From positions 90,001 through 122,000 of the forward strand of contig ACYB01000046.1 of assembly GCA_000175855.1 (NCBI GenBank): a DNA stretch of 32,000 nucleotides, in the 5' to 3' direction. Shown piece after piece: positions 17,477-27,724 of this stretch. The stretch's first letter is position 1. Each line of letters begins with the position of its first letter. The notes beneath the pieces are model-generated. The model made no database searches. It had not been told where the DNA came from and saw nothing but the letters and a program-made list of their open reading frames with translations. The position numbers were made by a program, and so were the translations under genes. The stretch is from Raphidiopsis brookii D9. GTDB taxonomy: Bacteria; Cyanobacteriota; Cyanobacteriia; Cyanobacteriales; Nostocaceae.

Positions 17477-18742
17477 GTGTTCAGCGTGAGAAATTCCCCC
17501 AGCTTAGATCCTGACTTGAGAAAAAACTTAGTAGTAATCTTTACATCTGGTTTATTGTTTTGGTCAGCTTTAGCGTCTCTATTGCCCACATTGCCACTAT
17601 ACATAGAGTCTCTAGGGTCAACAAAGCAACAAATTGGTATGGTTATGGGTAGCTTTGCTGTGGGAGTATTAGCGTTTCGTCCCCAGGTAGGAAAATTAGC
17701 AGACCATCAGGGGAGAAAGCTAGTTTTACTAATTGGTATGGTAGTAGCAACAATTGCTCCCCTAGGTTATTTAGCAGTCAAATCCCTAGTAGGATTGATG
17801 CTAATTAGAGCCTTTCACGGTATAAGCATTGCAGCATTTGCTACAGCCTATATTGCACTAGTATCGGATTTAGCCCCGGACGACCGTCGTGGCGAAATTA
17901 TTGGGTATATGAGCTTAGTCAATCCCATTGGGGTAGCTGTTGGCCCTGCGCTAGGTGGATATTTACAAGCCATAGCGGGTTACACCCCATTATTTATTTT
18001 CTCCGGTTTACTAGCTGGTTTAGGTTTAATCTGTGTGATTCCTATAACCAATCCTCCCAGATGGAAAAATAACAAACAAGAAACAGGGGATGATTTCTGG
18101 GGAATTTTAATTAGTCCTCGAGTTCGTGTCCCAGCAATTATATTGTTGATGATAGGTTTTTCTATTGGTACCATACACACCTTTATCGCTCTGTATATTA
18201 AATCAATAGGAGTTGATTTAAACCCTGGCTTATTTTTCGCTGCTGCGGCCATTTCCAGCTTTGTTATTAGATTATTTGTGGGTAGAGCTTCAGACAAATA
18301 TGGTAGGGGTTTATTTGTCACTCTTAGTTTAATCAGTTATACTGTAGCTATGCTAATTATTTGGCAAGCTAACAGTTCTCCAACTCTCCTATTGGGAGCA
18401 ATTATGGAGGGTGCTGCTTCTGGTATTGCCATTCCCATGATTTCCGCGATGATGACTGATAGAGCCCTACCCCATGAACGAGGGCGCATTTTTAGTGTAT
18501 CCCTGACAGGATTTGATCTAGGACTGGGTATAGCTGGTCCAGTGGTGGGTTACATAGCCCAATCCACTAGTTATCGTCATGTTTTTGGTCTTAGTTTCGG
18601 TTTAACCCTCCTGGCCATTTTAATCTTTATATCCCAGTCTAATCACGGAGTATTCCAATCACTACGTTTTGCACTAGGTCGTAGTAAGGATGTTTATCAA
18701 CAATCAGCAACCGATTCTCCCAACTTATCTACCAATACCTAA
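17477..18742 (+). CDS. MFS transporter
   Basis: About 12 predicted TM helices, the MFS loop motif 'GKLADHQGRK', and a second-half repeat 'GRASDKYGRG'. GTG start. Confidence 0.85.
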   Translation: MFSVRNSPSLDPDLRKNLVVIFTSGLLFWSALASLLPTLPLYIESLGSTKQQIGMVMGSFAVGVLAFRPQVGKLADHQGRKLVLLIGMVVATIAPLGYLAVKSLVGLMLIRAFHGISIAAFATAYIALVSDLAPDDRRGEIIGYMSLVNPIGVAVGPALGGYLQAIAGYTPLFIFSGLLAGLGLICVIPITNPPRWKNNKQETGDDFWGILISPRVRVPAIILLMIGFSIGTIHTFIALYIKSIGVDLNPGLFFAAAAISSFVIRLFVGRASDKYGRGLFVTLSLISYTVAMLIIWQANSSPTLLLGAIMEGAASGIAIPMISAMMTDRALPHERGRIFSVSLTGFDLGLGIAGPVVGYIAQSTSYRHVFGLSFGLTLLAILIFISQSNHGVFQSLRFALGRSKDVYQQSATDSPNLSTNT

Positions 18743-20086
18743 ATATTGGAAACCAGCTTTAATCAACATTTTTGGTTCTAGAAAATTTCTGCCATCAATC
18801 ATTACAGCATGTTTCATCAGTTTCGCCATTTTTCCATAGTCCAAGCTGATAAATTCTTGCCACTCTGTTACTAGCACTAAAGCATCACAACCATCCGCCA
18901 ATCTTTCAATATCAGTTTCTACTAACACTCCGGAAAGACCATGGCGCATACCGGATTGGGAAATGACCGGGTCGTAAGCTTTTACTTTTGCGCCTAAACG
19001 ATTTAATTCTTCTATAAGTTTAAGCGCAGGTGCATCCCGTAAATCATCCGTATCTGGTTTAAAGGTTAGACCCATCAGTCCTATGGTTTTACCTTTGAGA
19101 ATTTTTAATGCCTGTTGCAATTTTTCTATGGCAATTACCCGTTGTCTTTCATTTACACTTACCGCAGCTTTGAGTATTTGGGTATCATAACCATAGTCAT
19201 CAGCAGTGTGAATTAGAGCTGATATGTCCTTAGGAAAACAAGAACCACCCCAACCAATTCCAGCTTGTAAAAATTTGCTGCCAATACGGGAATCTAAACC
19301 TATGCCTTTTGCCACCTGAGTAACATCAGCACCTACGCGATCGCAAATATTTGCTACTTCATTGATAAAGCTAATCTTAGTGGCTAAAAAGGCATTTGCG
19401 GCGTATTTTACCATTTCAGCTGAACTCAAATCCGTGACCAGCACGGGTATGGGTGGTAGGGATTTGTCCACGGCAAATTTTCTCTCTATAATTGGGGCGT
19501 AGAGTTCTTTCATCATGCCAATAGCTTCTGGACTACTCCCCCCCAATACAATTCGGTCTGGGTTAAAAGTATCATAAATTGCCGAACCTTCCCGTAAAAA
19601 CTCTGGATTACTAACCACATCAAACTCAGGGGAATTTACTCCTTCTACCAAGGATGCTTGGCGTTCAGCAAGGCCATCTAGGACAATCATTCGCACCCAA
19701 TCACCAGAACCAATAGGTACGGTAGATTTATTCACAATCACCTTATAACCATCATTTAAACTTGCTCCAATACCACGAGCTACTGCTTCTACATACCTAG
19801 TATCACTTTCACCATTTGGTAAGGGAGGGGTTCCCACTGCAATAAACAGAATTTCCCCGTGGGCCACTCCTGAGGCTAAATCTGCTGAAAAATGAATATT
19901 ACCGCTATTTATAGCAGATTGCATAATTTCCGACAGTCCTGGCTCAAAAATTGGCGATTGTCCAGACTTCATCATTTTAATTTTTTCTTCGTTGTTATCT
20001 ATACAAATAACATCATGTCCAATATGTGCCAGACAAGCTCCTGTTACTAAACCCACATAACCGGTTCCGATTACACAAACGCGCAT
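18725..20086 (-). CDS. ugd: UDP-glucose 6-dehydrogenase
   Basis: 'MRVCVIGTGYVGLVTGACLA', 'NPEFLREGSA', and the catalytic Cys in 'GWGGSCFPKD'. Confidence 0.9.
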   Translation of the reverse strand: MRVCVIGTGYVGLVTGACLAHIGHDVICIDNNEEKIKMMKSGQSPIFEPGLSEIMQSAINSGNIHFSADLASGVAHGEILFIAVGTPPLPNGESDTRYVEAVARGIGASLNDGYKVIVNKSTVPIGSGDWVRMIVLDGLAERQASLVEGVNSPEFDVVSNPEFLREGSAIYDTFNPDRIVLGGSSPEAIGMMKELYAPIIERKFAVDKSLPPIPVLVTDLSSAEMVKYAANAFLATKISFINEVANICDRVGADVTQVAKGIGLDSRIGSKFLQAGIGWGGSCFPKDISALIHTADDYGYDTQILKAAVSVNERQRVIAIEKLQQALKILKGKTIGLMGLTFKPDTDDLRDAPALKLIEELNRLGAKVKAYDPVISQSGMRHGLSGVLVETDIERLADGCDALVLVTEWQEFISLDYGKMAKLMKHAVMIDGRNFLEPKMLIKAGFQYLGIGR

Positions 20087-20125
20087 CTTTCAACTCCTAA
20101 TTTTTTCTTAACTTTTTTATTGTTT

Positions 20126-21061
20126 TTAGTCATTAGCATGAATGCGGGAGTGGAAGTCTTCCACGGTCAACTTTAAACCGGTTTGTAGAGAAATTTTCGG
20201 TTCCCAATTCAACCAGGTTTTGGCCTTGGTGATATCGGGACGACGACGACGGGGGTCATCTGCGGGTAGGGGTGTAAATTTAATTTGCACCTCTGGATTA
20301 ATCATATTTTGTATTGTCTGGGCCAGTTCTAAAATTGTGTATTCTTCTGGATTTCCTAGATTGATAGGACCAGTGTAATCACCATTCATTAATTTAATTA
20401 AACCTTCTACCAGGTCTGAAACATAGCAAAAACTCCGAGTTTGTTGACCTTCCCCATATACAGTTAGGGGATTACCCCTCAAAGCTTGAACTACAAAATT
20501 ACTAACCACCCGACCATCGTTTTCTAACATCCTTGGTCCATAGGTGTTAAAGATTCTAGCTACCCGAACATCTACTTTATTTTCTCGGTAATAGTCAAAT
20601 GTCAATGTTTCAGCAACCCTTTTACCTTCGTCATAACAGGAACGAATCCCGATGGGATTTACACTACCATGATAGTCTTCCGTTTGGGGATGGATTTCTG
20701 GATCTCCATAAACTTCGCTAGTAGATGCTAATAAAAATCTAGCCTTGACTCTCTTGGCTAAACCTAACATATTCAAAGTTCCCATCACATTTGTCTTGAC
20801 GGTTTTAATGGGGTTATATTGGTAATGTACTGGGGATGCGGGACAGGCTAAATGATAAACTTGATCTACTTCTAAACGAATTGGTTCGGTAATATCATGA
20901 CGAATAATTTCAAATCTAGGATTATTTAACCATGACAGCACATTTTGTTTACTTCCTGTGTAGAAGTTATCAAGGCATATAACTTCATGATTGCTGCACA
21001 TTAGACGGTCTATAAGATGAGAACCTATAAAACCCGCTCCACCAGTTACTAAAATTCTCAT
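20126..21061 (-). CDS. UDP-glucuronate decarboxylase (UDP-xylose synthase), SDR family
   Basis: '[16 protein letters not shown]', '[10 protein letters not shown]', and 'YDEGKR' (the YxxxK catalytic motif). I prefer the ATG giving MRILV over the longer listed start at 21097. Confidence 0.9.
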   Translation of the reverse strand: MRILVTGGAGFIGSHLIDRLMCSNHEVICLDNFYTGSKQNVLSWLNNPRFEIIRHDITEPIRLEVDQVYHLACPASPVHYQYNPIKTVKTNVMGTLNMLGLAKRVKARFLLASTSEVYGDPEIHPQTEDYHGSVNPIGIRSCYDEGKRVAETLTFDYYRENKVDVRVARIFNTYGPRMLENDGRVVSNFVVQALRGNPLTVYGEGQQTRSFCYVSDLVEGLIKLMNGDYTGPINLGNPEEYTILELAQTIQNMINPEVQIKFTPLPADDPRRRRPDITKAKTWLNWEPKISLQTGLKLTVEDFHSRIHAND

Positions 21062-21096
21062 AGTTGTTTGATTATGTTTGATTATTACTTTTCTCA

Positions 21097-21750
21097 CTAG
21101 GGATGGATCTGACCAAGAATAAATCTTAATTGATCATAATCATCCTTTAACAGTAAACTTAGGTAGCGACAGGCCTTTACAAGCCATTCTCTGTCTAATT
21201 TACGTAATTTATAAACTTCACGAATCGCTGATGCAACTAATGATTCTACTGGTGCTCCGGGAACTAATAGTAAGGTTCGCAGAAAGTCCATATTATCTGT
21301 AAATCTAAGCATGGATTCCGGTCTACATCTATACACTGCTTGATGAATTTGAGGTGGACGTGGAGGTAGATAATGGTACATTTGCCTTTGAGTAGATATG
21401 TCGGATGGTGCCTCAAAACCAACAATGGCAGCCCTAAATTCTGTTTTCAACATGGCAAATATTTGGGGTTGTTCCTGACGTAAATTTTTGAGGGACAACC
21501 CCAGGGCCCGCGCCCGGTGCACACTGTCTATGGGAGCAGTGGTAGCATAGTATACTACAGCATATATTTGATTGTCGGATTCTTCATCAAAAGCGGAAAT
21601 CCAGCTACCAAAAGCTGGCATTAAGGGAAATCTTAAATCTTCCGGATCCAAACACTGAGCCAGGAACTCGGTGGAGCTAGTTTCAATTACCTCAGCAATG
21701 TGGTCAGGATGACGATCTTCTGTGGCAAACTGTGGTAAGGGTAAAAACAT
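21097..21750 (-). CDS. Conserved hypothetical protein (about 217 aa)
   Basis: A long ORF with coding-like composition and no antisense competitor. I recognise no motif with confidence. ATG at 21750 (MFLPLPQF...) is preferred over the upstream TTG. Confidence 0.55.
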   Translation of the reverse strand: MFLPLPQFATEDRHPDHIAEVIETSSTEFLAQCLDPEDLRFPLMPAFGSWISAFDEESDNQIYAVVYYATTAPIDSVHRARALGLSLKNLRQEQPQIFAMLKTEFRAAIVGFEAPSDISTQRQMYHYLPPRPPQIHQAVYRCRPESMLRFTDNMDFLRTLLLVPGAPVESLVASAIREVYKLRKLDREWLVKACRYLSLLLKDDYDQLRFILGQIHP

Positions 21751-21816
21751 GTTGGTACTAGGATAAGAAGAGGGGGTGACAATCGTAAGGATAAAATCAC
21801 CACCCAAACTTTATGG

Positions 21817-22011
21817 TCATTTTCCTTTTTTTGTAGGTATAGTTTCCACTAGTTCCAATTCCGGAAGGCGAAAGGTAATCATTTTATCCCAGTTACCTCC
21901 TTCAAAAAGAACGGCAACTTTACCATCGCTAACCCGTTGTACAAGTCCTTCATAACGATAATAAGTATCTGCAGGATTTTTGACGCGAACAGTAGATCCA
22001 GGTAGAATCAT
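21817..22011 (-). CDS. ndhS: NAD(P)H-quinone oxidoreductase (NDH-1) subunit S
   Basis: '[47 protein letters not shown]' matches the SH3-like NdhS/CRR31 pattern as I remember it from Synechocystis Ssl0352. The internal ATG is preferred to the listed longer ORF. Confidence 0.8.
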   Translation of the reverse strand: MILPGSTVRVKNPADTYYRYEGLVQRVSDGKVAVLFEGGNWDKMITFRLPELELVETIPTKKGK

Positions 22012-22090
22012 GTTGTTATCCTCAAATTTTGTTGTTAGCTTGATCATATAGTAATCCTATAACTATTGGTTGTTAGGGGGGAAGATCAAT

Positions 22091-23404
22091 TTAGTAGTAT
22101 CTTTGTTGCTGACGGAAAATGGCTACAGATTCCACTATTCCTAGACTGATAAAGTTAGTCAACATTGCTGAACGTCCATAGCTCATCCAGGGTAAGGGTA
22201 TACCCGCCACCGGTGCTAAACCCAGGGTCATACCAACATTGACAATCAGTTGGAATACAATCATTGAGAATACACCAATAGCTATTAAAGACCCAAAATT
22301 ATCTTTGGCAGTTTTGGCTACATGGAGCAACCGGAAGCAAATTAAACAGTACACGGATAAGACTATTAAACAACCAATAAAACCAAATTCTTCCCCAACT
22401 GCAGAAAAGATAAAATCTGTGTGCTGCTCGGGAACAAAGTTTAATTGAGTCATTGGACCTTTAAATAATCCCCATCCTCGCACTTCCCCCGCACCAATAG
22501 CAATGCGAGATTGCACTAGGTGATAACCAGCTCCTAGAGGGTCATGATCAGGGTTCATAAACACGGTCAGGCGATTTTTTTGATATTCTTTTAGCAGGTG
22601 ATTCCAGCCAAAAACCCCCAGTTCACCACCTAACATATTTAGACTAAAACTGGCTATCCCACTAACGTTAAATTTCCGCCAGGGCAAGTTTAACCACCCT
22701 AAAAGTCCCATGGACATCGCCCAGACTATGCCCATGGGACTAAAAGTAAGTTCTTTGAGGAGTATGATGGGTTGAGATAGGGGCCAAGAAATACTAAACA
22801 AAATAGCAGATATTACTGGGGAAACCATCAAGATTAACCAAGCAGGGTTAGCATCTGCCCAGTACAGCATTCCTATCACTATGGAGGCGAATACTAGCGA
22901 GGTAGCTAGGTCTGGTTGTAAAAATACTAGTAACCAGGGAACCCCTGTAAATGCTAAAGCTCGAAAAAAATTGTCTAGACTGGAAGCTGTGCGCTTGTGT
23001 AACAAAGCTGCTAGGGTGATAATAATCCCTATCTTAGCAAATTCTGAAGGTTGTACATTAAACCCTAAAACGCTAATCCATCTTTGAGCTCCCTTAGCAC
23101 TTGTACCGACTATCATCACTAAAATTAGGCTGAAAGTGGTGAGTCCGTAGGTGAACCAGTGCCATTCTATTAGTTTTTCATACCGAAATCGAGATAGACA
23201 TAAGGCTATAATCAACCCAATACCGGTGATCAGCCAATGCCACCACCAATCAGTAACAGGTTGATTGCGTTCTGTACTGAAGATCATTAAGCCGCCAAAT
23301 ACACTAGCTGCCAAAGGTAGACATAATAGTAACCAGTCCATTTCTTGCCAGGGTTTGATCCAAGAATGCCAACCAATTTTCCGACCTGAACGTTTTAATA
23401 ACAT
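22091..23404 (-). CDS. FtsW/RodA/SpoVE (SEDS) family peptidoglycan polymerase, RodA-like
   Basis: Polytopic protein with 'PSEFAKIGIIITLAALL', 'EQHTDFIFSAVGEEFGFIG' and 'GLAPVAGIPLPWMSYGRSAM'. ATG 23404 (MLLKRSG...) is preferred over the listed TTG at 23419. I cannot separate RodA from FtsW from sequence alone. Confidence 0.85.
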   Translation of the reverse strand: MLLKRSGRKIGWHSWIKPWQEMDWLLLCLPLAASVFGGLMIFSTERNQPVTDWWWHWLITGIGLIIALCLSRFRYEKLIEWHWFTYGLTTFSLILVMIVGTSAKGAQRWISVLGFNVQPSEFAKIGIIITLAALLHKRTASSLDNFFRALAFTGVPWLLVFLQPDLATSLVFASIVIGMLYWADANPAWLILMVSPVISAILFSISWPLSQPIILLKELTFSPMGIVWAMSMGLLGWLNLPWRKFNVSGIASFSLNMLGGELGVFGWNHLLKEYQKNRLTVFMNPDHDPLGAGYHLVQSRIAIGAGEVRGWGLFKGPMTQLNFVPEQHTDFIFSAVGEEFGFIGCLIVLSVYCLICFRLLHVAKTAKDNFGSLIAIGVFSMIVFQLIVNVGMTLGLAPVAGIPLPWMSYGRSAMLTNFISLGIVESVAIFRQQQRYY

Positions 23405-23435
23405 TATGATAACAAACAATAAGTGTTGACACTAA

Positions 23436-24506
23436 TCACGTCAAAGCTGCCACAGAAACTTTAGCAGCGATCCCCTGGGCGATCGCCTTCAGGGACTGAG
23501 CGGAAACTGAATCTGGGTGAGAAATGACCACAGGTATACCATTATCTCCACCAATTCTAATAGACATTTCCAAAGGCACACATCCTAAAAGTGGTACTTG
23601 CAATTCTGCAGCTGTTTTGGAACCACCACCGGAACCAAAGATGTCATATTGTTTATCCTGTTGATCTGGAGGGATAAAATAACTCATGTTTTCCACAATT
23701 CCCAACACAGGGACATTCATCTGTTGGAACATCCGTAAACCCTTGCGGGAGTCCAATAAAGCTACGTTTTGAGGTGTGGTAACAATCACTGCACCTGATA
23801 TAGGTACCGCTTGACTTAGGGTTAATTGGGCATCTCCCGTTCCAGGTGGCATATCCACGATTAAATAGTCAATTTCCCCCCATGCAACCTGATAGAGAAA
23901 CTGACGGATCACACCATTGAGCATGGGACCACGCCAAACAACTGGCTGATCCCGATCTATTAAAAAGCCCATGGATACTAACTTCACCCCATAATTAAAA
24001 GCTGGTTCCAGGATTTCCCCTTTCTCTGAGGAGCGCACAGCAATTTCCGCATTTGCTAAACCCAACATAGTCGGGTCATTAGGACCGTAAATATCAGCAT
24101 CTAATAAACCTACCTTGGAACCTGCTTGTGCCAAAGCTACAGCTACATTGACAGCTATGGTGCTTTTACCAACTCCACCTTTACCACTGGAAACAGCAAT
24201 TATATTCTTTACTCCCTGGATACCAGTCCTGTCAGGTAGAGCTTTCTGTTGGGGTATTTCCGCTGTTACCTCAACTGTTATATCTGTAACACCTGGTAAA
24301 TTACGAATAGCTTTTTTACAATCTTCTACAATAAATTCTCGTAAGGGGCAAGCGGGGGTAGTCAGGACTAAAGTAAAACTAACTTTGCCACCATCAATTT
24401 TTACGTTGCGAATCATATTTAGTTCCACCAGACTTTTGCGAAGTTCTGGGTCTTCTACTGGACGCAACACTTCCAGCACTGACTGGGAATTGAGGAGATT
24501 GGACAT
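23436..24506 (-). CDS. Mrp/NBP35/ApbC-family Fe-S cluster carrier ATPase
   Basis: N-terminal DUF59-like 'VEDPELRKSLVELNMI', the deviant Walker A 'SGKGGVGKST', and 'DYLIVDMPPGTGD'. Confidence 0.9.
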   Translation of the reverse strand: MSNLLNSQSVLEVLRPVEDPELRKSLVELNMIRNVKIDGGKVSFTLVLTTPACPLREFIVEDCKKAIRNLPGVTDITVEVTAEIPQQKALPDRTGIQGVKNIIAVSSGKGGVGKSTIAVNVAVALAQAGSKVGLLDADIYGPNDPTMLGLANAEIAVRSSEKGEILEPAFNYGVKLVSMGFLIDRDQPVVWRGPMLNGVIRQFLYQVAWGEIDYLIVDMPPGTGDAQLTLSQAVPISGAVIVTTPQNVALLDSRKGLRMFQQMNVPVLGIVENMSYFIPPDQQDKQYDIFGSGGGSKTAAELQVPLLGCVPLEMSIRIGGDNGIPVVISHPDSVSAQSLKAIAQGIAAKVSVAALT

Positions 24507-24590
24507 ATATACCGGCCTTAATCAAATTTAAAAGACTTTAATTTTTACTAGATTTTTACTAATTTAAATCTTAACCATCTCTGGTAATAG

Positions 24591-25013
24591 TTAAACATTA
24601 GATCCCTGGGATATTTCCGCTGCTTCTACTAAACAACGTGCTACCTGATCTATATATGAACCAAATAATGACCAAATTATCGGGGATAACCAGCCACGTA
24701 AGTCCACTGAATAGGATAAATAACTACCACAGAGAGTAGACTCTATTTGATAAGTTACTCTTTCTTCTATACCAGGAATTGCCAGAACACGAACGCTTAG
24801 CAGTTGTTTAGGATTTACCCGCTCTACAAAGATATGAATAGGAATTGGCCAAAATCTTGACACTGCCTGAAATATTAATCCTGGCTTAGGCGCTAAACCT
24901 AGGGGCACATTAGTGCTTTTAAACAAGGGATGCCAGGAAAAATCTGTGAGATCTGACACTTTTAACCACAATTGATCTACGGAAGCGGAGCTGATTTGTC
25001 GATAGGTTCTCAT
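24591..25013 (-). CDS. SRPBCC (START/polyketide-cyclase-like) family protein
   Basis: The size and the pattern 'VDQLWLKVSDLTDFSWHP' fit the family. The call is moderate. ATG (MRTYRQ...) is preferred over the upstream GTG at 25073. Confidence 0.5.
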   Translation of the reverse strand: MRTYRQISSASVDQLWLKVSDLTDFSWHPLFKSTNVPLGLAPKPGLIFQAVSRFWPIPIHIFVERVNPKQLLSVRVLAIPGIEERVTYQIESTLCGSYLSYSVDLRGWLSPIIWSLFGSYIDQVARCLVEAAEISQGSNV

Positions 25014-25319
25014 TAGGGAAACACAAACTCGACGATGCTTACGGTGGATGAATTTGGATAACCAATCTTGCACTCTTATCTCTCCTAGCTACAATTTGTC
25101 TGTTTAATGGCCAGCGGTGCATCTTAGACACATTTTCATTGTAGAACATGAGAAGCATCTGACATGCAAAATCGGCCCTTTCGTCATTCGTCAGCTGGGT
25201 GAACTTAATTTCTTCTGATATAGTTTCTGATATAATTTTTCCAAACGATTTGTCGTTTTGATTGACGTAAAACTTGCAGCTTCTGTAAAAATTGTAATTT
25301 TTAGTAGGTTCGGGAATCT

Positions 25320-26366
25320 ATGTTGACTAACTCGCAAACCCCCACTCTCTCAGCAGAATTATCCAAATTTCTTCCCCCCCCTGACTCTCAAACTAGAGCC
25401 AGTCAGTTCATGAAACAACTACAAGACAAAATTACTACTGAGTTAGAACTATTGGATGGCGGGAGCAAATTTACTGAAGACTCCTGGGAGCGCATAGAAG
25501 GTGGTGGTGGGCGTTCCCGTGTCTTGCGTGAAGGGGCAGTTTTTGAACAAGCTGGTGTTAATTTTTCCCAGGTTTGGGGCGATCAGCTGCCACCATCTAT
25601 TTTAGTTCAGCGCCCAGAAGCTACAGGACATGGCTTCTATGCTACCGGTACTTCCTTGGTTTTACATCCACGTAACCCATATATACCTACTGTTCATTTA
25701 AACTATCGTTACTTTGAAGCAGGTCCAGTATGGTGGTTTGGCGGTGGTGCTGATTTAACTCCTTACTACCCTTTTGCTGAAGATGCTATCCATTTTCATC
25801 AAACTCTTAAAAATGCTTGTGATAAACATCATGGAGATTACTACCCAGTGTTTAAACGCTGGTGCGATGAATATTTCTATCTTAAACATCGGGGTGAAAC
25901 CAGAGGTGTGGGAGGCATATTTTTAGATTATCAGGATGGACAAGGTGATATTTATCGAGGTCCTGATTCCCAGGGGGAAGCTGCTAACTACAATCGAAAT
26001 TTGACACCATTACCCCGTCGTACCTGGGAACAAGTGTTTTCTCTAATCCAAGACTGTGGTCAAGCATTTATCCCAGCTTATGCACCTATTGTCCAACGTC
26101 GGCGAAATATGGAATATGGCGATCGCCAGCGTAGTTTCCAATTGTACCGTAGAGGTAGATATGTAGAATTTAACTTGGTTTATGACCGAGGTACGATTTT
26201 TGGGCTACAAACTAATGGACGCACGGAGTCCATTTTAATGTCCCTACCTCCTTTGGTTCGCTGGGAATATGGCTATCAACCACAACCAAATTCTCCCGAA
26301 TCCGAATTGTATGAAACTTTCCTCAAACCCCAAGACTGGATCAATTGGAAGTTACTTACTCCATAG
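25320..26366 (+). CDS. hemF: Oxygen-dependent coproporphyrinogen III oxidase
   Basis: '[14 protein letters not shown]', '[18 protein letters not shown]', 'GGIFLDY', and '[22 protein letters not shown]'. Confidence 0.95.
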   Translation: MLTNSQTPTLSAELSKFLPPPDSQTRASQFMKQLQDKITTELELLDGGSKFTEDSWERIEGGGGRSRVLREGAVFEQAGVNFSQVWGDQLPPSILVQRPEATGHGFYATGTSLVLHPRNPYIPTVHLNYRYFEAGPVWWFGGGADLTPYYPFAEDAIHFHQTLKNACDKHHGDYYPVFKRWCDEYFYLKHRGETRGVGGIFLDYQDGQGDIYRGPDSQGEAANYNRNLTPLPRRTWEQVFSLIQDCGQAFIPAYAPIVQRRRNMEYGDRQRSFQLYRRGRYVEFNLVYDRGTIFGLQTNGRTESILMSLPPLVRWEYGYQPQPNSPESELYETFLKPQDWINWKLLTP

Positions 26367-26470
26367 TGTATGTAACCATGGCATGGTTTAGGCTGGTATA
26401 AATAGCAGCTTTTCATTATCCCAGCCTTAAGTAATAAAACTAAAAATCTTAAACAAGAATAGTCACAGGT

Positions 26471-26820
26471 ATGCTATACATAGAGGAAAATTATATAATA
26501 AGAAAAACGACGAGACTGTAATTGTTCTATCACTAGCGGGTCGCCTTGACATTACAACTGCTTGGCAACTTAAATTAAGATTGGATGAGTGTACTAATAA
26601 GAGTCGTCGTGTATTTGTCAATCTGGAAGGAGTGAATTTTATTGATAGCTCTGGTTTAACCGCCTTGGTAGCTGGAATGCGTAATGTAGATAAGTTAAAG
26701 GGAACTTTTCGCATCTGTAATATTCATCCAGATGCCAAACTCGTTTTTGAGGTCACCATGATGGATACGGTGTTTGAAATCTGTGAAACACAAGAGGAAG
26801 CTTTTGCTATTCCTTTTTGA
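26471..26820 (+). pseudogene. STAS-domain anti-sigma-factor antagonist (SpoIIAA/RsbV-like) whose N-terminus is out of frame
   Basis: The STAS frame reads ...NDETVIVLSLAGRLDITTAWQLKLRLDE...VNLEGVNFIDSSGLTALV... but has no ATG, GTG or TTG between the upstream stop (26428-26430) and the TTG at 26581. An ATG at 26471 opens the +1 frame (MLYIEENYIIRK...) and meets the STAS frame at the A5 run 26503-26507. Confidence 0.6.
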
Positions 26821-26898
26821 ATCAACAACTGAATCTAAGGAAGGACGGCTTTTTGTTAGAATAGGAAATAACAATACATTGCCCTTAACATTTTCCTT

Positions 26899-27606
26899 GT
26901 GAATAACTTCCGTACCGTCTCTGATACAAAGCGAACTTTCTATAGCCGTCATACCCGCCCCATCAACACTATTTACCGTCGGGTAGTAGAGGAATTGATG
27001 GTAGAGATGCACTTGCTGTCAGTAAATGTAGATTTTAGCTACAATTCAATCTATGCCTTGGGGGTTGTCACAACGTTTGACCGCTTTATGCAGGGCTACC
27101 AACCGTCCGAGGATCTCGTATCTATTTTTAATGCCATCATTTGTGCTGTGGAGCAGGATCCGCAGGTGTATCGCCAGGATGCAGCTAAACTCAAGGCTAT
27201 AGCTAACTCTTTTTCTGTAAAAGACTTAATTGCTTGGTGCAGTCAAACTACCCCATTGGATCAAGATGCTAATCTACAAGCGGAACTACAAGCTATAGCC
27301 CAAAATCCCAATTTTAAATACAGTCGTTTGTTGGCCATTGGTTTATTCTCCTTATTGGAATTGTCAGATCCTGAATTTGTCAAGGATGAAACTGAGCGCA
27401 ATCAAGCTATTGCAGTCATTGCTCAAGGTTTAAAATTGTCTGAGGATAAACTAAATAAGGATTTAGACTTATATCGTTCTAATCTAGATAAGATGGAACA
27501 GGCACTAATAGTCATGGCGGATATGTTGGCTGCGGATAGAAAAAAGCGTGACCAGCGTCAGCAGAATTCTGGTAACCCTACTCTCCCTCCCACTAACGAA
27601 AATTAG
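26899..27606 (+). CDS. thf1: Thylakoid formation protein Thf1 / Psb29
   Basis: 'TVSDTKRTFYSRHTRPINTIYRRVVEELMVEMHLL' and 'ALGVVTTFDRFMQGY' are characteristic of Thf1. GTG start. Confidence 0.9.
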   Translation: MNNFRTVSDTKRTFYSRHTRPINTIYRRVVEELMVEMHLLSVNVDFSYNSIYALGVVTTFDRFMQGYQPSEDLVSIFNAIICAVEQDPQVYRQDAAKLKAIANSFSVKDLIAWCSQTTPLDQDANLQAELQAIAQNPNFKYSRLLAIGLFSLLELSDPEFVKDETERNQAIAVIAQGLKLSEDKLNKDLDLYRSNLDKMEQALIVMADMLAADRKKRDQRQQNSGNPTLPPTNEN

Positions 27607-27627
27607 GAGCGTCAAGTGAGAAAACTC

Positions 27628-27671
27628 CCCTGAACTCGTTTGGTTTAATAATCTAATAAAGAGTTTCAGGG
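27628..27671. terminator. Imperfect hairpin between convergent thf1 and exbD
   Basis: 'ccctgaactc' (27628-27637) pairs with 'gagtttcaggg' (27661-27671) with one bulge. The loop is 23 nt. Confidence 0.35.
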
Positions 27672-27724
27672 AAGCATGGGAAAAAATAGGTTTTTAAAAA
27701 TCACGTCAAGATCTCACCAGTTAA

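Noticed and set aside
16256-24531. ORFs 16256..16468, 17980..18321, 20142..20378, 22239..22448, 22881..23087 and 24115..24531
   Set aside because: Each is antisense to a confidently identified gene (phytase-like, MFS, uxs, SEDS protein, mrp).
26376-26390. 'aaccatg-g-catggtt' palindrome just after the hemF stop, considered as a terminator
   Set aside because: The effective stem is only about 5 bp and there is no U-tract. The nearby ggctgg...ccagcc pair has a 24-nt loop. Neither makes a convincing terminator.
26463-27012. Minus-strand ORFs 26463..26714 and 26695..27012
   Set aside because: They are antisense to the STAS gene and the thf1 5' end and have no motifs.
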